64,000 nt of DNA from Euglena gracilis (Eukaryota), in contig CP154954.1 of assembly GCA_039621445.1 (NCBI GenBank), positions 36,317,703 through 36,381,702 of the forward strand. The letters are read 5' to 3'. Made by a program: the position numbers and the translations under genes. Of the stretch, positions 52,599-64,000 are shown one piece after another (positions within the stretch are counted from its first letter, which is position 1; every line of letters starts with the position of its first letter). Under the pieces are notes generated by a model. It did no database searches. It worked only from the letters and a program-made list of their open reading frames with translations, and was not told where the DNA came from.

Positions 52599-53742
52599 CT
52601 CTGGTCCCCCGGAACGCTACGCAGGGACGCCCACGTCTGCCCTGCCCCCTTGTACCCTATCCTTCTCCCGCACGCAAATGCTGTCCATGTGGCGATGGGT
52701 TCCTTTCTTGTGGCACAATTCCCTTTGCCAAGTCCTATTCTTGCCGTCTGTGACTGCAACGTGACGTGGGCCCCTTTTTGAAACTGAACAATACCTTCTT
52801 TCTGTGAGCCATACTCCATTCCCTAGGATTGAACAGGTATGCACAGGTGTTTGCTAGGAGTTATACCAACTTGTGAAAACATCATTTAGTCATCTGTCTT
52901 TTGGGTTGTTGTAATCATTACAATTAAAATATATTTTGTGAATTTTGCAGAAGTGGTCAATACATTTTTGCATTTCTATTCCACCCTGGCATCACGTTGC
53001 TGATGTATTGTCATCCAGGCTGAATTTTGGGGAGGCCAACCCCATTCTGGGGGGCCTGCCTGGGCAGGCACTCCAAGGCAGCCAGGTCCACCCCTACTCG
53101 TACTCGGCCAAGGCTCTTCCGGTGCCAAAGGCGCCTGAAGCCCAGAGAAGCCTTTTCTGAGCATTTTGACCCCTCAATGGGGTAGTTTGGTAGTGCAGCA
53201 GTGCAGCGTAATGTAATGCCTTCCAGAGCAACCCGAACCCCCCCCCCTAGGTTGGTTAACTGCAGTCTGATTTCATCCGCTGAAATGTGCTCTGTTTTCG
53301 GCTCAATTGCCTTCGTGTCAAACAGGCAAAGGTTGGCTCATGCACAAGAAGACTTTATGTATCCTCAACCAACTCCCCTGGGGAGGCTCCAGGGTGAATG
53401 TCACACCATATATGTGATGAATGGGAGGAAAATTTGCATGGGTTAGTGCTCATCTTCAGTTCCGAAGCAAGGGCTTGCCAGTGAAGGGTAAGGGCTCGAG
53501 GTTTGGGGAAAAGGTTGGCATAAGGGTTTGGAGAATGGGAAAGAGTCAAAGCACTTTCCACTTTCCAGTTCATGCCTCACCTCAAAATGGCTTTGGTGGC
53601 ACCATTCTTTACTCCATTTGGCGGTGAAAGTCAGCAGGCAAAGATGCATGCAAAGTGAGTTCATTTCATTGTTTTCGTGAGCAATGTTGTCCATGGAAGG
53701 AACCGAAACCAAGGCGCCGCTTAAACCAGAGGGCACCCCATC

Positions 53743-54232
53743 CAGGGGGGGATATGCAAGTTGCATAATATGCATTTTTTTGCATAATGAAAATTTTTGA
53801 AGATTTTTTTGCATTTTTTAAAAAAAAATTTACATTTTTTGCACATTTTGCCTTTTCGATTTCCGCTTTTTTTTTCCATGCATTTGCACAGACAAAACGG
53901 GCAAATTGTTCCACTGCCAGAGAGCTGGAAGTTGCATACGGGCCTAATGCACATAAGCAGTTGCATAATGAAATCAATGGATAAGTGGATGCAATTAGGT
54001 GAACCACCATATGATTTTGTAGTTTGCACCCACATTCTATTTTGGTGTTGCATTTTTGGAGCAGGTGAAAGTTTTCTAAGTCCTTTCCAGTGGAGAAGTG
54101 TACAGCCCCGGGGAGCTCCTAAAGGAATCTACATATGTAACTTGCATTCTTTTTGTATCTTTTTCTTTGCACTTTTCTGCATTTTTTTTTGCATTGCATA
54201 GTTCGAGGTGCCTTGCTGCATATTTCCCCCTG
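53743..54232. mobile_element. MITE, CAGGGGG-GATATGCA family, 7-bp TSD CCCCATC
   Basis: CCCCATC at 53736-53742 and 54233-54239. TIRs are CAGGGGGGGATATGCA / TGCATATTTCCCCCTG. Confidence 0.82.
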
Positions 54233-55372
54233 CCCCATCCCCCCAGGGGTCCAGCCAGCCTGCAGCCTTTTTCTAGCCAGCAGCTTTTTTCCAGCTCCAG
54301 ACCCCCGCCATCGACGTTTAAACTGTTTTGGAGTCTCCCAAAGGACGGCTGGATGGTAACGGATTTTTCGGTTTTAGAGGCCTCAAACTGGGCCAAAACC
54401 GGGCAAAAATGGGTTGAAAACGAGCAGGCCAGGTCAAAAATGATTTTTTTTCCATAGGTGGCAGTTTTTGGTCTGTTTCAATTTTTTTGTTACCTGGTGC
54501 GACCCCCAGTCGGGCTCGGGCCGCTTCCAGCAGGGGGCACCTCCATGGGTCTTTTTGGTCGAAGAAAGCCAGCAGCCTTTTTCGACCCAAACTTTCCAGC
54601 CTCTGAGCTGGACCCCCCCCCCGGGGTCACTAAGCACCCTGATTGAAACAAAAATTTTAACCTTTGATCCTGACTACCTACTTCGAAATATTTGACAGAA
54701 CTCCAACTGGTTTCTTTCTATTCGTTGCAGCCCCATGGAGGGATGACACATGCCGCAACAACCCCCGAGACCCAGTATGATGCCAAACACACATGCGCAT
54801 GCACGCGCGCACGTGCACATGCTCCTGAAGTCATTGGCGGAAACTGCCCGTTGGGTGTACACTCCGTACCGGTACATTACAAACAGCACAAGCGTTTAAT
54901 AACCCTCTGGTGGGCGAACGAGAGCACTCTAAGAGCGTTGTACTACCCCTCCCAGAGTGGCAGTGGGATCTCGATATTCGTCATTTTCTCTGTCAGGCAA
55001 AAAAGCAGCCAGAATGTGCATATTTTTGTGCATATTCTTGTGCATCTGAACACCACAGAGTATTCTGTCAGGTTTTTTTGCCAGCCGATATCTCTTAAAA
55101 CAGACTGATCCCAGGTTCACATTTTGGACAGGTAAGATAGCGGTGAAGGTCAAGCCCACTGTTTCTCTCCGCATTCCGGATTGGGAGTGCGTTTAAAACC
55201 CCGCGGCAACGGTCGCCACCGCACTTATCCCGCCCCCGCCACTTGTACTTGTGTTTGGCATCCGTCGGCCCCGGTATGATCCCCCTCCTCTCATTGTGGG
55301 TTGGCCTTGCCCCCCCCCCCGTGTTCATCTCTGTCTGTGTGCCCCACGCCTCACCCCTCGCGTCGTTGCCAG

Positions 55373-58300
55373 GGCCGACGTCGCCCCGACGCCGGTGCCG
55401 TGGCGCCGCGTGCTCACCGTCGGGGCCAGGGACCCCCTTCGCCCGCCCATGTGACCCCCGCTCCCCGGGGCGGACGTAAAGGGGGTCCCTGGGCGGGGCG
55501 GTGCTGCTCGCCAACCACTTCAGCATGCTGGTCGTCCTCCCGGTCGTCCCCTTCATGGTCGGCGCGTTCTTCCCCGCCTCCCCCACGTCGCAGCTTGGGT
55601 GTGCGGCGCGGCCCCCACCCCCTCCCACCTGAATGGCCGTGGCTGCCTGTGAGCGTCAGTCAAACCTGGTCAGCACAATTGATGCAGCCCAGCCCGAGTT
55701 TGGACACATCAGGATCTCACAAACAGATGATAATCATTTTGCCTTGGTTGAAAATGGGGGGGGGTAATATACCGCAGGTTTTGAGTGAATAGACCTGTCA
55801 AATTTTGTGTCTCTGGATCAAGTTTCAACCATTTTTCTTTGTGTTCTGTTTATGTTATTGCATTCTTTGCTTGAAAGGAAACCGGTGGATGCTGTGAATC
55901 AAGCTCAAATCAAGAATGGGATTGAGTGTAAATGGAGTAAGTGTAAACTCGTCATGCAAACACACGCGCAGGCGGGCAAGGCAGGCAGAAATGCACACAC
56001 GCACACAGATGCAAAAAGACTCAGGAGCTGGAGGTAGAGATTTTTAGAAATTTCACAAAACCATCAAAATATGTCTCGACTCGAGACCAGATAAACATAC
56101 TAAAAATTTTTGCAAGGTTATGGAAAAAATCTCACAAAGAAATGAAGAGATTAGGGCGTTTTTCCCCTGTGCAATGTGTGTTCTCTTTGCTGCTCGAGTC
56201 TTCCTGCTTCCTTCCGGCACCCAGCCTTTTTGGCTGCATTGTAACAAAGGAGGGAGCTCTGTGCAAAGATTGCCAGCAGCTGTTTTGATGCAATCGTGCT
56301 TGGCAGGTATCTGCGCCCCAAAAGTTTTCTGGCGGGATGCGTGATCAGTCCCATCCGTGTACAATGGTCATCCTCCCTCTCAAAAGCAAGGTCTGCCTTG
56401 CTGGTGAAGCGAATTGCAAAGTCCGTCCCCTTCCCGCTTCATTTATTTCCGTCCGGTTCTTCGTGGGTTTCTGCGTCACTGTCGGCAGGTACTACACCGG
56501 ATACCTCACGACGGCCTTCTTCCTCGGGCAGCTGCTGGCCGCCTATGGCTGGGGCCAGGGTTTGCCGGGACGGGGGGGGGGGCTGACCGTTTACCAGGTT
56601 TCCAGGCCCCCCAACCCTCTAACCCCGCCGGAGCCCCCCAACCCCTGGCGGTGGCTGGGCGGCAGACCGCTGGGGTCGCCGGCCCATCCTCATGGCCGGT
56701 GTGTGTGGGCACTCCTCTCTGCCCCGCGTGGCCGATTGGGGCGAAGTTGAACGAGAACCCCGGCAACCCTGTGGGTGGGGCGGGCGGGTGGGTGGGGCGT
56801 GGGATTGGCAGGGCGCTGGGGTTCACCCGTGGCAGCTTGGAATGTGCGGTGCCTTTGTGCTTTGATTTCTTGTCTTAAGCATATTTTTTTTTAATGTTCC
56901 ATCTGTTGTCTGGCTTTGGTTCCCCCTTTGCGCGGTGCGGCTCAGGGCTGGCCGGCACCGCCGTCGCCATCCTCCTCTTCGGGCTGAGCTCGTCCTACCT
57001 CCACGCGCTGTGCCTGCGGTTCTTATGGGGGCTGTCCAACGGCAACATCTCCGTGTCGAAGGTGTCCCCCTCCAAAGGTGCCGAATTGTTTTTCACGACA
57101 AATGCTGCCCCCAAGGGAGTGAGGGGTGGTTCCTCAACCAGGGCTGCATGGGAGAAACAAGGGCTGGGGGGGGCAGAAAGCAAATGTGTTTTCATTTTTT
57201 GTGCTTTTTTTCAAATCTTGGCAAAATTTGTTTTTTTTTCCTTGTTTTGTTTTTTGTCCCCGCGATTTTTGATATCTTGTGGAAGAGTTTGCTGATTATA
57301 AAGAATTCCTCATCTTGGCCTGTTTTTGACCTGAGACTAAATTTTTGTCAATTTTCTGGATTTTATGTCCACAAATTGCTTGTTTTTATGGCTTGGGGTT
57401 GGGTACGACCCACAAAATTGGAGATGTATGAAAATTAATTTTCACCTCCTCCAGCGAAAATTTTCCAATTTGCACCCGAAGCCTCTGCCAGCCCATGGGG
57501 TGTGGTGATGGCGTGTGTACACTGGCACAGCACCACTCTGCGCAGCAGTGCCCCAGCCAGCTCTGCCGCAGCGTACCCTGCAAAGCTGAGGCCAACCCTT
57601 TGACAGCTAAATTTTGCAATTTGTGACCCTCCTAAATTACATTGATTCCCACCCCACACTGGGGTGGGTGGGGCAGAAAGTCACCACCCGCCTCCGAAGG
57701 CGCAGGAAAGTTTTTAAGACCAAAATTTTGGTCAAATTTTGATTTTGGTTTTGGATTTTGGTGGAAAAAAAAAATTAACAGAATCCATTCATTTTGAACC
57801 GAACTAATTTTTTTTGGCTGAGTGGCCAAAGTGACCCCCCCCCCCCCCAGGGAGGTGGTGGGAAGTGGGTGACTGGTTTTTGGAAAGTAACTGATTTGTT
57901 TTTTTTGGAAGTGGAAAGTGACCCCCCTCCCCCGGGGGGTCAGTAAGCAATGGTATGACCTTAACCCTCGACTGATGGCACCCCAACCGAAAAGTTTCGA
58001 GGTAGGGCAGGGTCTCACCCCCCCACCTCTGTGTCCTGAGAGTTTTTTGGGGGCAGGTTAGTTTCATCAGTTATTTTGGGGTGTTACCTTATGGCTTCAT
58101 TTTAAGCCCCACCCATCCACCTTCATTTGATACAACCTGCCCCAGGCGTCGGTATGGGCGAATCCCACTGCTGTTGCAATCGGCTGGAGAAATGTGCACC
58201 GTGCCGCTTGACAACTATCCGGACGTTTTCTCCCTGAGTAATACGCCCTCCTCCCCCCACAGCACAGGTTGGGGGGGGTCGTTCTCTTCCACACCACTGC

Positions 58301-61300
58301 AGGCGTACCTCTCCGACATCCTCGACCCCACCAACAGTGCCCGCGGCTTCACCATCTTTGGCCTGCAGGCGGCGGTGGGAAGGTGCTTTGCCCCCCACAA
58401 GAATCCCCCCCCCACGCACATCCACCAGGCGGTGTTGCACATCCACCAGACTGTGACGCCCATCCTTTGGCTGTCTGTTGGTTATGTGGCTATGTCAGGC
58501 ATGCACTCTTTTTGGCGTTTGGGATTCTCCCTTTTTCAATAAGAACCTCCGGACTGTTATATACTTCTGCAACACATTGCTAAAATAAACTGGGCTGTTA
58601 TGGTTATTACTTGGAAACCCAAGTCCACGTGCCAGTGCTGGTAGCTTTTTTTGTGGCAATAAAATTTCCATTTTCAATAGCGCTTCAGGTCACCCCTTTT
58701 TGGTCATTAGAACCATGGATGCTGTTTTTCTTTTCATTCTGTCTCACATGTATTTGAATTTTCGGCTTGCCGTGTTCGATTTTATGATTGTTTCCATTGC
58801 AAAAAAAAAGAAAACGTGGGCTTTATTGCCTGCAAATTCAAAATAAGTCGACAGGCAGTGGGGTTTTTGGGGGGATTATTATTGGGTATCAACTGGATTC
58901 TAGCTGGGGTTGGATTGCCTCCCCCTGTTCACTGTCTATTCACTGTGTGTCACATGTAAGTCACTGTCCAATGGATATGCGCCACCGTCCAGTGGATGTG
59001 CATCTCTATCCAATGGATATGCCTCACCACCTGGTGGACATGTGTCACAGTCATACCATTGCAGAGCACCTGTCCTGCCCCACCCCCAGGGGGGTGACTG
59101 ACTGGTTTTTTGGCCCAGAGCCACCCCCCCCCCCCGGGGTGGTGGCCCAGAGCCACCCCCCCCCCCCGGGGGGGGTAGTCCCAAAAATTAAAAGTGGCTG
59201 GCCTGGCGCCCAAGGCGCCGGAATTTTTTTTGGATTTTTTGCGATTTTTTGACAAAATCTCATTGCCTCCTGAAGCGTGGCCGATCCCCCCCCCTGGGGG
59301 GATAAAGTGACTTAGTGGTTTTTTCAGAGTGGAAAGTGACCCCCTCCCCCCCGGGAGTCGCTAAGCAATGGTATGGTCACAGTCTTGTCGCTGTACGTCA
59401 CTGTCCAGTGGGATAGGCATCACTGTCCAGTGGATGTACGTCACCATCCTGTGGATTTGCATCACGGTCCGGTGGATGTGCGGCACCGTCCGGTGGATGT
59501 GCACCACCGTCCGGTGGTTGTGCATCACCGTCTGGTGGATGTGTGTCACTTTTCAGTGGATGTGCGTCAATGTCCGGTGGATGTGCGTCATTGTCCCGTG
59601 GATTTGCGTCACCGTCCGGTGGATGTGCGTCATTGTCCGGTGGATGCGCGTCACCATGCGGTGGATGTGTGTAACCGTCCGGTGGATGTGCGTCACTGTC
59701 GGGTGGATGCGCCTCACTGTCCGGAGGATGTGCGTCATTGTCCGGTGGATGTGCGTCACCGTCCGGTGGATGTGCGTCGCCGTCCGGTGGATGTGCATCA
59801 CCGTTCGGTGGATGTGCGTCATCCACCGAACATTTACGCACATCCACCCGATGGTGACGCATCACGTTGCTTGTGGGTGCAAATGCGCAAATGAACCAGA
59901 TGTAAATTGCACAAATTTATTCATGTTGTTCATTTGCACATTTGCGCCCACAAACAACGCGATGCGCGCAAATGCGCAAATGAACCACATCCGCAGCCGG
60001 CGTTTCACAATTGTGTTTCCATCACACCCTTCTTCTTTGTGTTTATGTGCGCATTTGCGCCCACCAATACAAATTTTGTTGATGGGCGCAAATGCGCGCA
60101 TAAACGTAGTTTTGTTTGTGCGCGCATTTGCGCCCATAAGCTAACGCTGTCGACAAACGGTGAGACAGACCCGCCAAATTATGTTTATCGATGGCACGCT
60201 GGTTCGCACCGTCACGGCCCCTTTGTCACGCCGTTTACCGACGGCATCAGTTCATGGGTGTTGAAGACCAACCCTTGAAAGACACAATTATGTTTATTTG
60301 CGCAAATGTGCGCACCAACATAATTATGTTGGTGCGCGCAATTGCGCAAATAAACACAAATTTGTCCTTTAAGAGTTCGGCTTCTTCTGCCGGGTTCTTT
60401 GCCACAAAACTGGTTGTGCAGATCCCGGGTGTAAATAGGGTGGGAGACACCCGTCCCCTTCATTCCCTGAGGACCCTATTTCTTCCCCCCTGCGCATTCC
60501 TTGCCAAACACCCCACACGTATCTTCTTTTCCCTGCGTCCTTCCCGCCGGCTTGGCCACACCACACCCTCACCCCCCGGCATTTCCTCCCCGCGCTTTAA
60601 CAAACAACCCAAAAACACCACACCAAGGCGCCGCAAGCGAAGCAGTCCGGCAAACACCCAGGACACACACTGCCGGCAATTCAGGCCCACCCAGGAAAAC
60701 AGCCGACGGGAGCAACAAGGGCAGCAAAGGTCCTGTTCTTTTGCCGCTTTTTTGCCATTTTTTTTCTCCCTTGGACGGGAAAGTCCCGGGGGTTTCGACG
60801 CGCGGAGCCCATTCCTGGACCCACCAAAAACACCATTTTTGGCCAAAGTCCCAGGGGTCTCACAGCCAAAAACAGAATTTTGCTCATTTTTTGCACTCTC
60901 TTGTCACCGTGTTTTCAAACACCCCCGGAGCCATACAGCCGAAATGAAAAAAATTCCGGGATTTGCGCAAACGTGCAAATGAACATAAAAAGGCTTAAAT
61001 GCGAATCCGGCCTCCTACGGCATCCAATCCGGCATGCATACGGATGGTGACGCACATCCACTGTACGGTGACGCACATCCACCGGATGGTGACGCACATC
61101 CACCGGACCGTGATGCACATCTACCGGAGGGTGGAGGTGGGCGGACGGTGACACACATCAACCAGAAGGTGACGCAAATACACTGGGCAATGTCACACAT
61201 CCACCAGACGGTGACACACATCCACCAGACGGTGACGCACATCCACCGGACGGTGACGCACATCCACCGGACGGTGACGCACATCCACCGGACGGTGACG

Positions 61301-63950
61301 CACCTCCACCGTATTGTGTGCAAATCCACTGGACGGTGATGCACAGCCACTGGACGGTGACGCACATCCATCGGACGGTGGCGCACATCCACCGAACAGT
61401 AACTCACATCCACCGAACGGTAACTCACATCCACCGGACGGTGACACACATCCAGATGGTGACGACATCCACCGGACAGTGACGCACATCCACCGGACAC
61501 TGACGCACATCCGAAGGACGGTGGCACATCCGAAGGAAGGTGACACACATCCACCGCACGGTGACACACATCCACCGGATTTCAATACAAATGACTGGGT
61601 TCAATACAAATGACCACACCGTCTCCTCCGGCACATGGTATTATGGTGCTGTTTCTGGTCCATTGACAGGTCCCACAAAAGAGGACCTCCTGAAGGTGGG
61701 TGTGCAGCTACCCGATAACGGCACACGTCCACCGGCACCGATTTTGGGATCCCAAGGGCCCTGCCGCTGGCCTGCAGCATGGGCTCCGCTGCTGCAGCCA
61801 CATCACCTGCTGATGTTTCAGCACCCACCAGACCGGCATCGACCTCCCCGGTGCAACAACACCCAGCTTTAGCGGCCACGTTATTCCCCGCAACCGGGGC
61901 GTGAGACTGGGGGGACGGTGCCAGTGCATGGCAACCAACAGCTGGAGAGAGATGGCCCTCAAGCACCCGTTATTTTGGGTGCAAGGAAGTGTTGAACCTT
62001 TACCACTCGATTGCATGAAAGCGGTGGGACCCACTCCCCTCAAAATATGCACAAAAGCGGGTGTGTTTTACGGCTTTCAAGGGAAAAATGGTGGAGAAAA
62101 ACCAGAAAACGGACTCCGGCCCGACGCAACCCGGGTGTTTCAGGTGCCAAATTTTGACTTCTTGTAACGCACTACTGTTGCAGAAAAGGTGGCGAACAGT
62201 CACAGGTCGTTGCAAGTCGTCAATTCATTATGTTTAATTGCCAAAAGGATGAGGCCAAAACAACAGGCCGTTCGAGCCGGGGAACAGCAGTACAAATGTC
62301 CAAATGTCGCAAGGCAGACAAATTTTGGCCAGTCAGATGCCGTGTTTAAATGAACATTGCATATTACCTCTCACCACAAATTTCATCACCACATATTTGT
62401 GGTGCAAATCAAGGGTTGTCATGTGGAATTGCGTTCGCCAGCCGTCACAGACGAGGAGATGGTGTCGCACAACTGATGTGTGTTTGTGCTCGCATTTGCG
62501 CACACAAACAAACTTTCTTTGTGTGCGCTAAGGCTCGCTCAAACACACTATTTTGAAGCTTTAATCAAATGGTTGTGCGTGCACTTGCGCAAATGCCCGC
62601 ACAAACGTAATTGTGTTTATTTGCGCAAATGCGCGCACCAACACGCCTATCACGTTCAAAAACCTCGTAGGGTCATGGTCCTCATCAGTGTGCTTTAACA
62701 CAGACATGTTGTTTGTTGCCTCCCATTGCACAAACCATCCCTATACCAGTTTCCCCAGGGTGTTGGTTTGCGCATTTGCGCGCACAAACAAATTTGTTTG
62801 TGGGCGCATTTGCGCCCACAAACGAGTATTTTTCTTTCAATATTTGCGTGTTTATTTGCGCAAATGCGTCCATACACAAATTGTTTTTATTTGCGCAAGT
62901 GCGCGCACAAACACACATCAGTTGTGTAGTGTGTGATGTAATAGGGCTCTGTGTGTTCTTATGGGCGGCTACAGTATCCAAGCCAGTTCAGTCAGCACGT
63001 CGGCACCAGTTCCAAGTGTCGTAACAGCGGGTTTGTGCTTCTCACCTGTTTGATGTACGAGAGCACCAGTATCACCCTCGGCCCTATTCATATCACTCGG
63101 TAAGCAGCATGTGCACTAAACTGCTGGCAGTTAATCCCCTCCAATAGAGGGGTGTAACGGTTCATAATCCGTTTTCTGTGTGTCAGGGTACAGGGTCCCA
63201 GAAATTTCGTAAAGTTTGCGCATTTGCGCAAATGCGCCCATTTCAAAGAAAAAATTTTAAGTGCGAATCCGGCCACCTAAGTGGATGTGTGTCACCGTCC
63301 GGTGGATGTGTGTCACCATCCGGTGGATGTGCGTCACCGTCCGTGGATGTGCGTCACCGTCCGGTGGATGGTATTTTTCCAAAAAATCATGAACAATTGT
63401 GAAAATCAGGGGAAATTCGTACAAGTGATTTTTTTCTTTTGCAATTTTGTAGCACGAAAAACACAATTAATCACGAAAAATTACGGAATTGTCACAAATG
63501 AGAATTTGGGGTCCCCGGCACGAAACAGAAGTAAACCCTGCTGTTCAATCTATGTGCATCATGTTCTGGTGGACAGTCCGCGGTGTCCAGAGGAGATGCG
63601 TCATTGTCTGGTGGATGTGTGTCACTGTCCTTTTTTTGTGTGCCATTGTCCAGTGGATGTGCACACATCCATTGGCCATATTATGTATTTTTGCAGCACC
63701 CCTGAGCTCCGCATATTATCTCTTCCAGTTTTATTGAAGTTTGCCAGTGCAGCTCCGGCATGTCAGGCACTGTCCAGTTTCCTCATTAATGTGGCGGCTG
63801 CTTCCCCTGGACTTCCTCTCGCAGGCTCCTCGGCCCCCCGGTGGGCGGCTGGCTGTCGGACCCGGCAGCGTTGCCGGCGGTGACCCGCACCGTGCCGTTT
63901 TTTACCGTCCACCCATATCTTTTGCCCTGCGCTGCTGCCTCCCTGCTCGC
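55373..63950 (+). CDS. Major facilitator superfamily transporter (ZIFL/DHA1-like), multi-exon; start not located and 3' part probably beyond the window
   Basis: Exons: ~55373-55423 (TPVPWRRVLTV), 55497-55598 (AVLLANHFSMLVVLPVVPFMV...QLG), 56489-56552 (YYTGYLTTAFFLGQLLAAYGW), 56653-56698 (GWAADRWGRRPILMA, MFS motif A), 56946-57061 (...LRFLWGLSNGNISVSK), 58303-58382 (AYLSDILDPTNSARGF...), 63825-~63950 (LLGPPVGGWLSDPA...HPYLLPC). Four GT-AG and two nonconventional introns, all in frame. Confidence 0.9.
55424..55496 (+). other. Nonconventional intron, 73 bp
   Basis: Perfect 13-bp stem CAGGGACCCCCTT / AAGGGGGTCCCTG at +4 / -6. In-frame join. Confidence 0.85.
56553..56652 (+). other. Nonconventional intron, 100 bp
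   Basis: CAGGG at +4 pairs with CCCTG ending at -6. Removal restores W|GWAADRWGRR. Confidence 0.85.
59052..59375. mobile_element. hAT-like MITE, 11-bp TIR, 8-bp TSD
   Basis: GTCACAGT-CATACCATTGC ... GCAATGGTATG-GTCACAGT. A partial second copy lies at ~57826-57957. Confidence 0.88.
59385..59825 (+). repeat. 21-bp minisatellite (TGCGTCACCGTCCGGTGGATG)n
   Basis: ~20 tandem units. Confidence 0.95.
59875..60362. repeat. Palindromic TTTGCGCAAA / GCGCAAATGCGC low-complexity repeat; second block at ~62480-62920
   Basis: Recurring ATTTGCGCAAATGCGC motifs. Confidence 0.7.
61040..61580 (-). repeat. Same 21-bp minisatellite in inverted orientation
   Basis: (CATCCACCGGACGGTGACGCA)n. Further short blocks at ~58415-58460, ~58950-59050, ~63280-63370 and ~63560-63670. 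Confidence 0.95.
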
Positions 63951-64000
63951 CGGGGGCCCCTCTTTGGTCTGGCTGGAAGACCCTGAGCTGAACTAAATCC

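Noticed and set aside
59361-61634. Heptad-repeat proteins (MCVTVRW / HPPDGDA)n
   Set aside because: These are translations of a 21-bp minisatellite lying inside an MFS-gene intron whose flanking exons join in frame.

Overview
Eukaryotic genomic DNA, most likely from a euglenid. This is inferred from GC-rich exons separated by a mix of GT-AG introns and non-GT-AG introns with complementary ends (CAG/CGG at +4..+6 pairing with CTG/CCG/TCG at -8..-6). Bases 1-24658 are a ~213-bp satellite array with higher-order structure. The array flips orientation at ~12.6-13.6 kb and flips back at ~24.5 kb. At the first flip sits a complete 1027-bp non-autonomous LTR retroelement (TRIM) with two apparently identical 335-bp TG...CA LTRs, a tRNAi-Met primer-binding site and a polypurine tract. 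Each LTR contains a 72-nt tRNA-Val(CAC)-like Pol III module. The rest of the window is repeat-rich (microsatellites, several MITE families, telomere-like foldbacks, a 21-bp minisatellite). It holds two intron-split + strand genes that I reconstructed by hand: an archaeo-eukaryotic primase (AEP/primase-polymerase)-like gene (~37.4-52.6 kb) and the 5' part of a ZIFL/DHA1-like MFS transporter (~55.4-64 kb). Almost all ORFs in the supplied track are artefacts of repeats. All family assignments come from motif recognition by eye; no searches were run.
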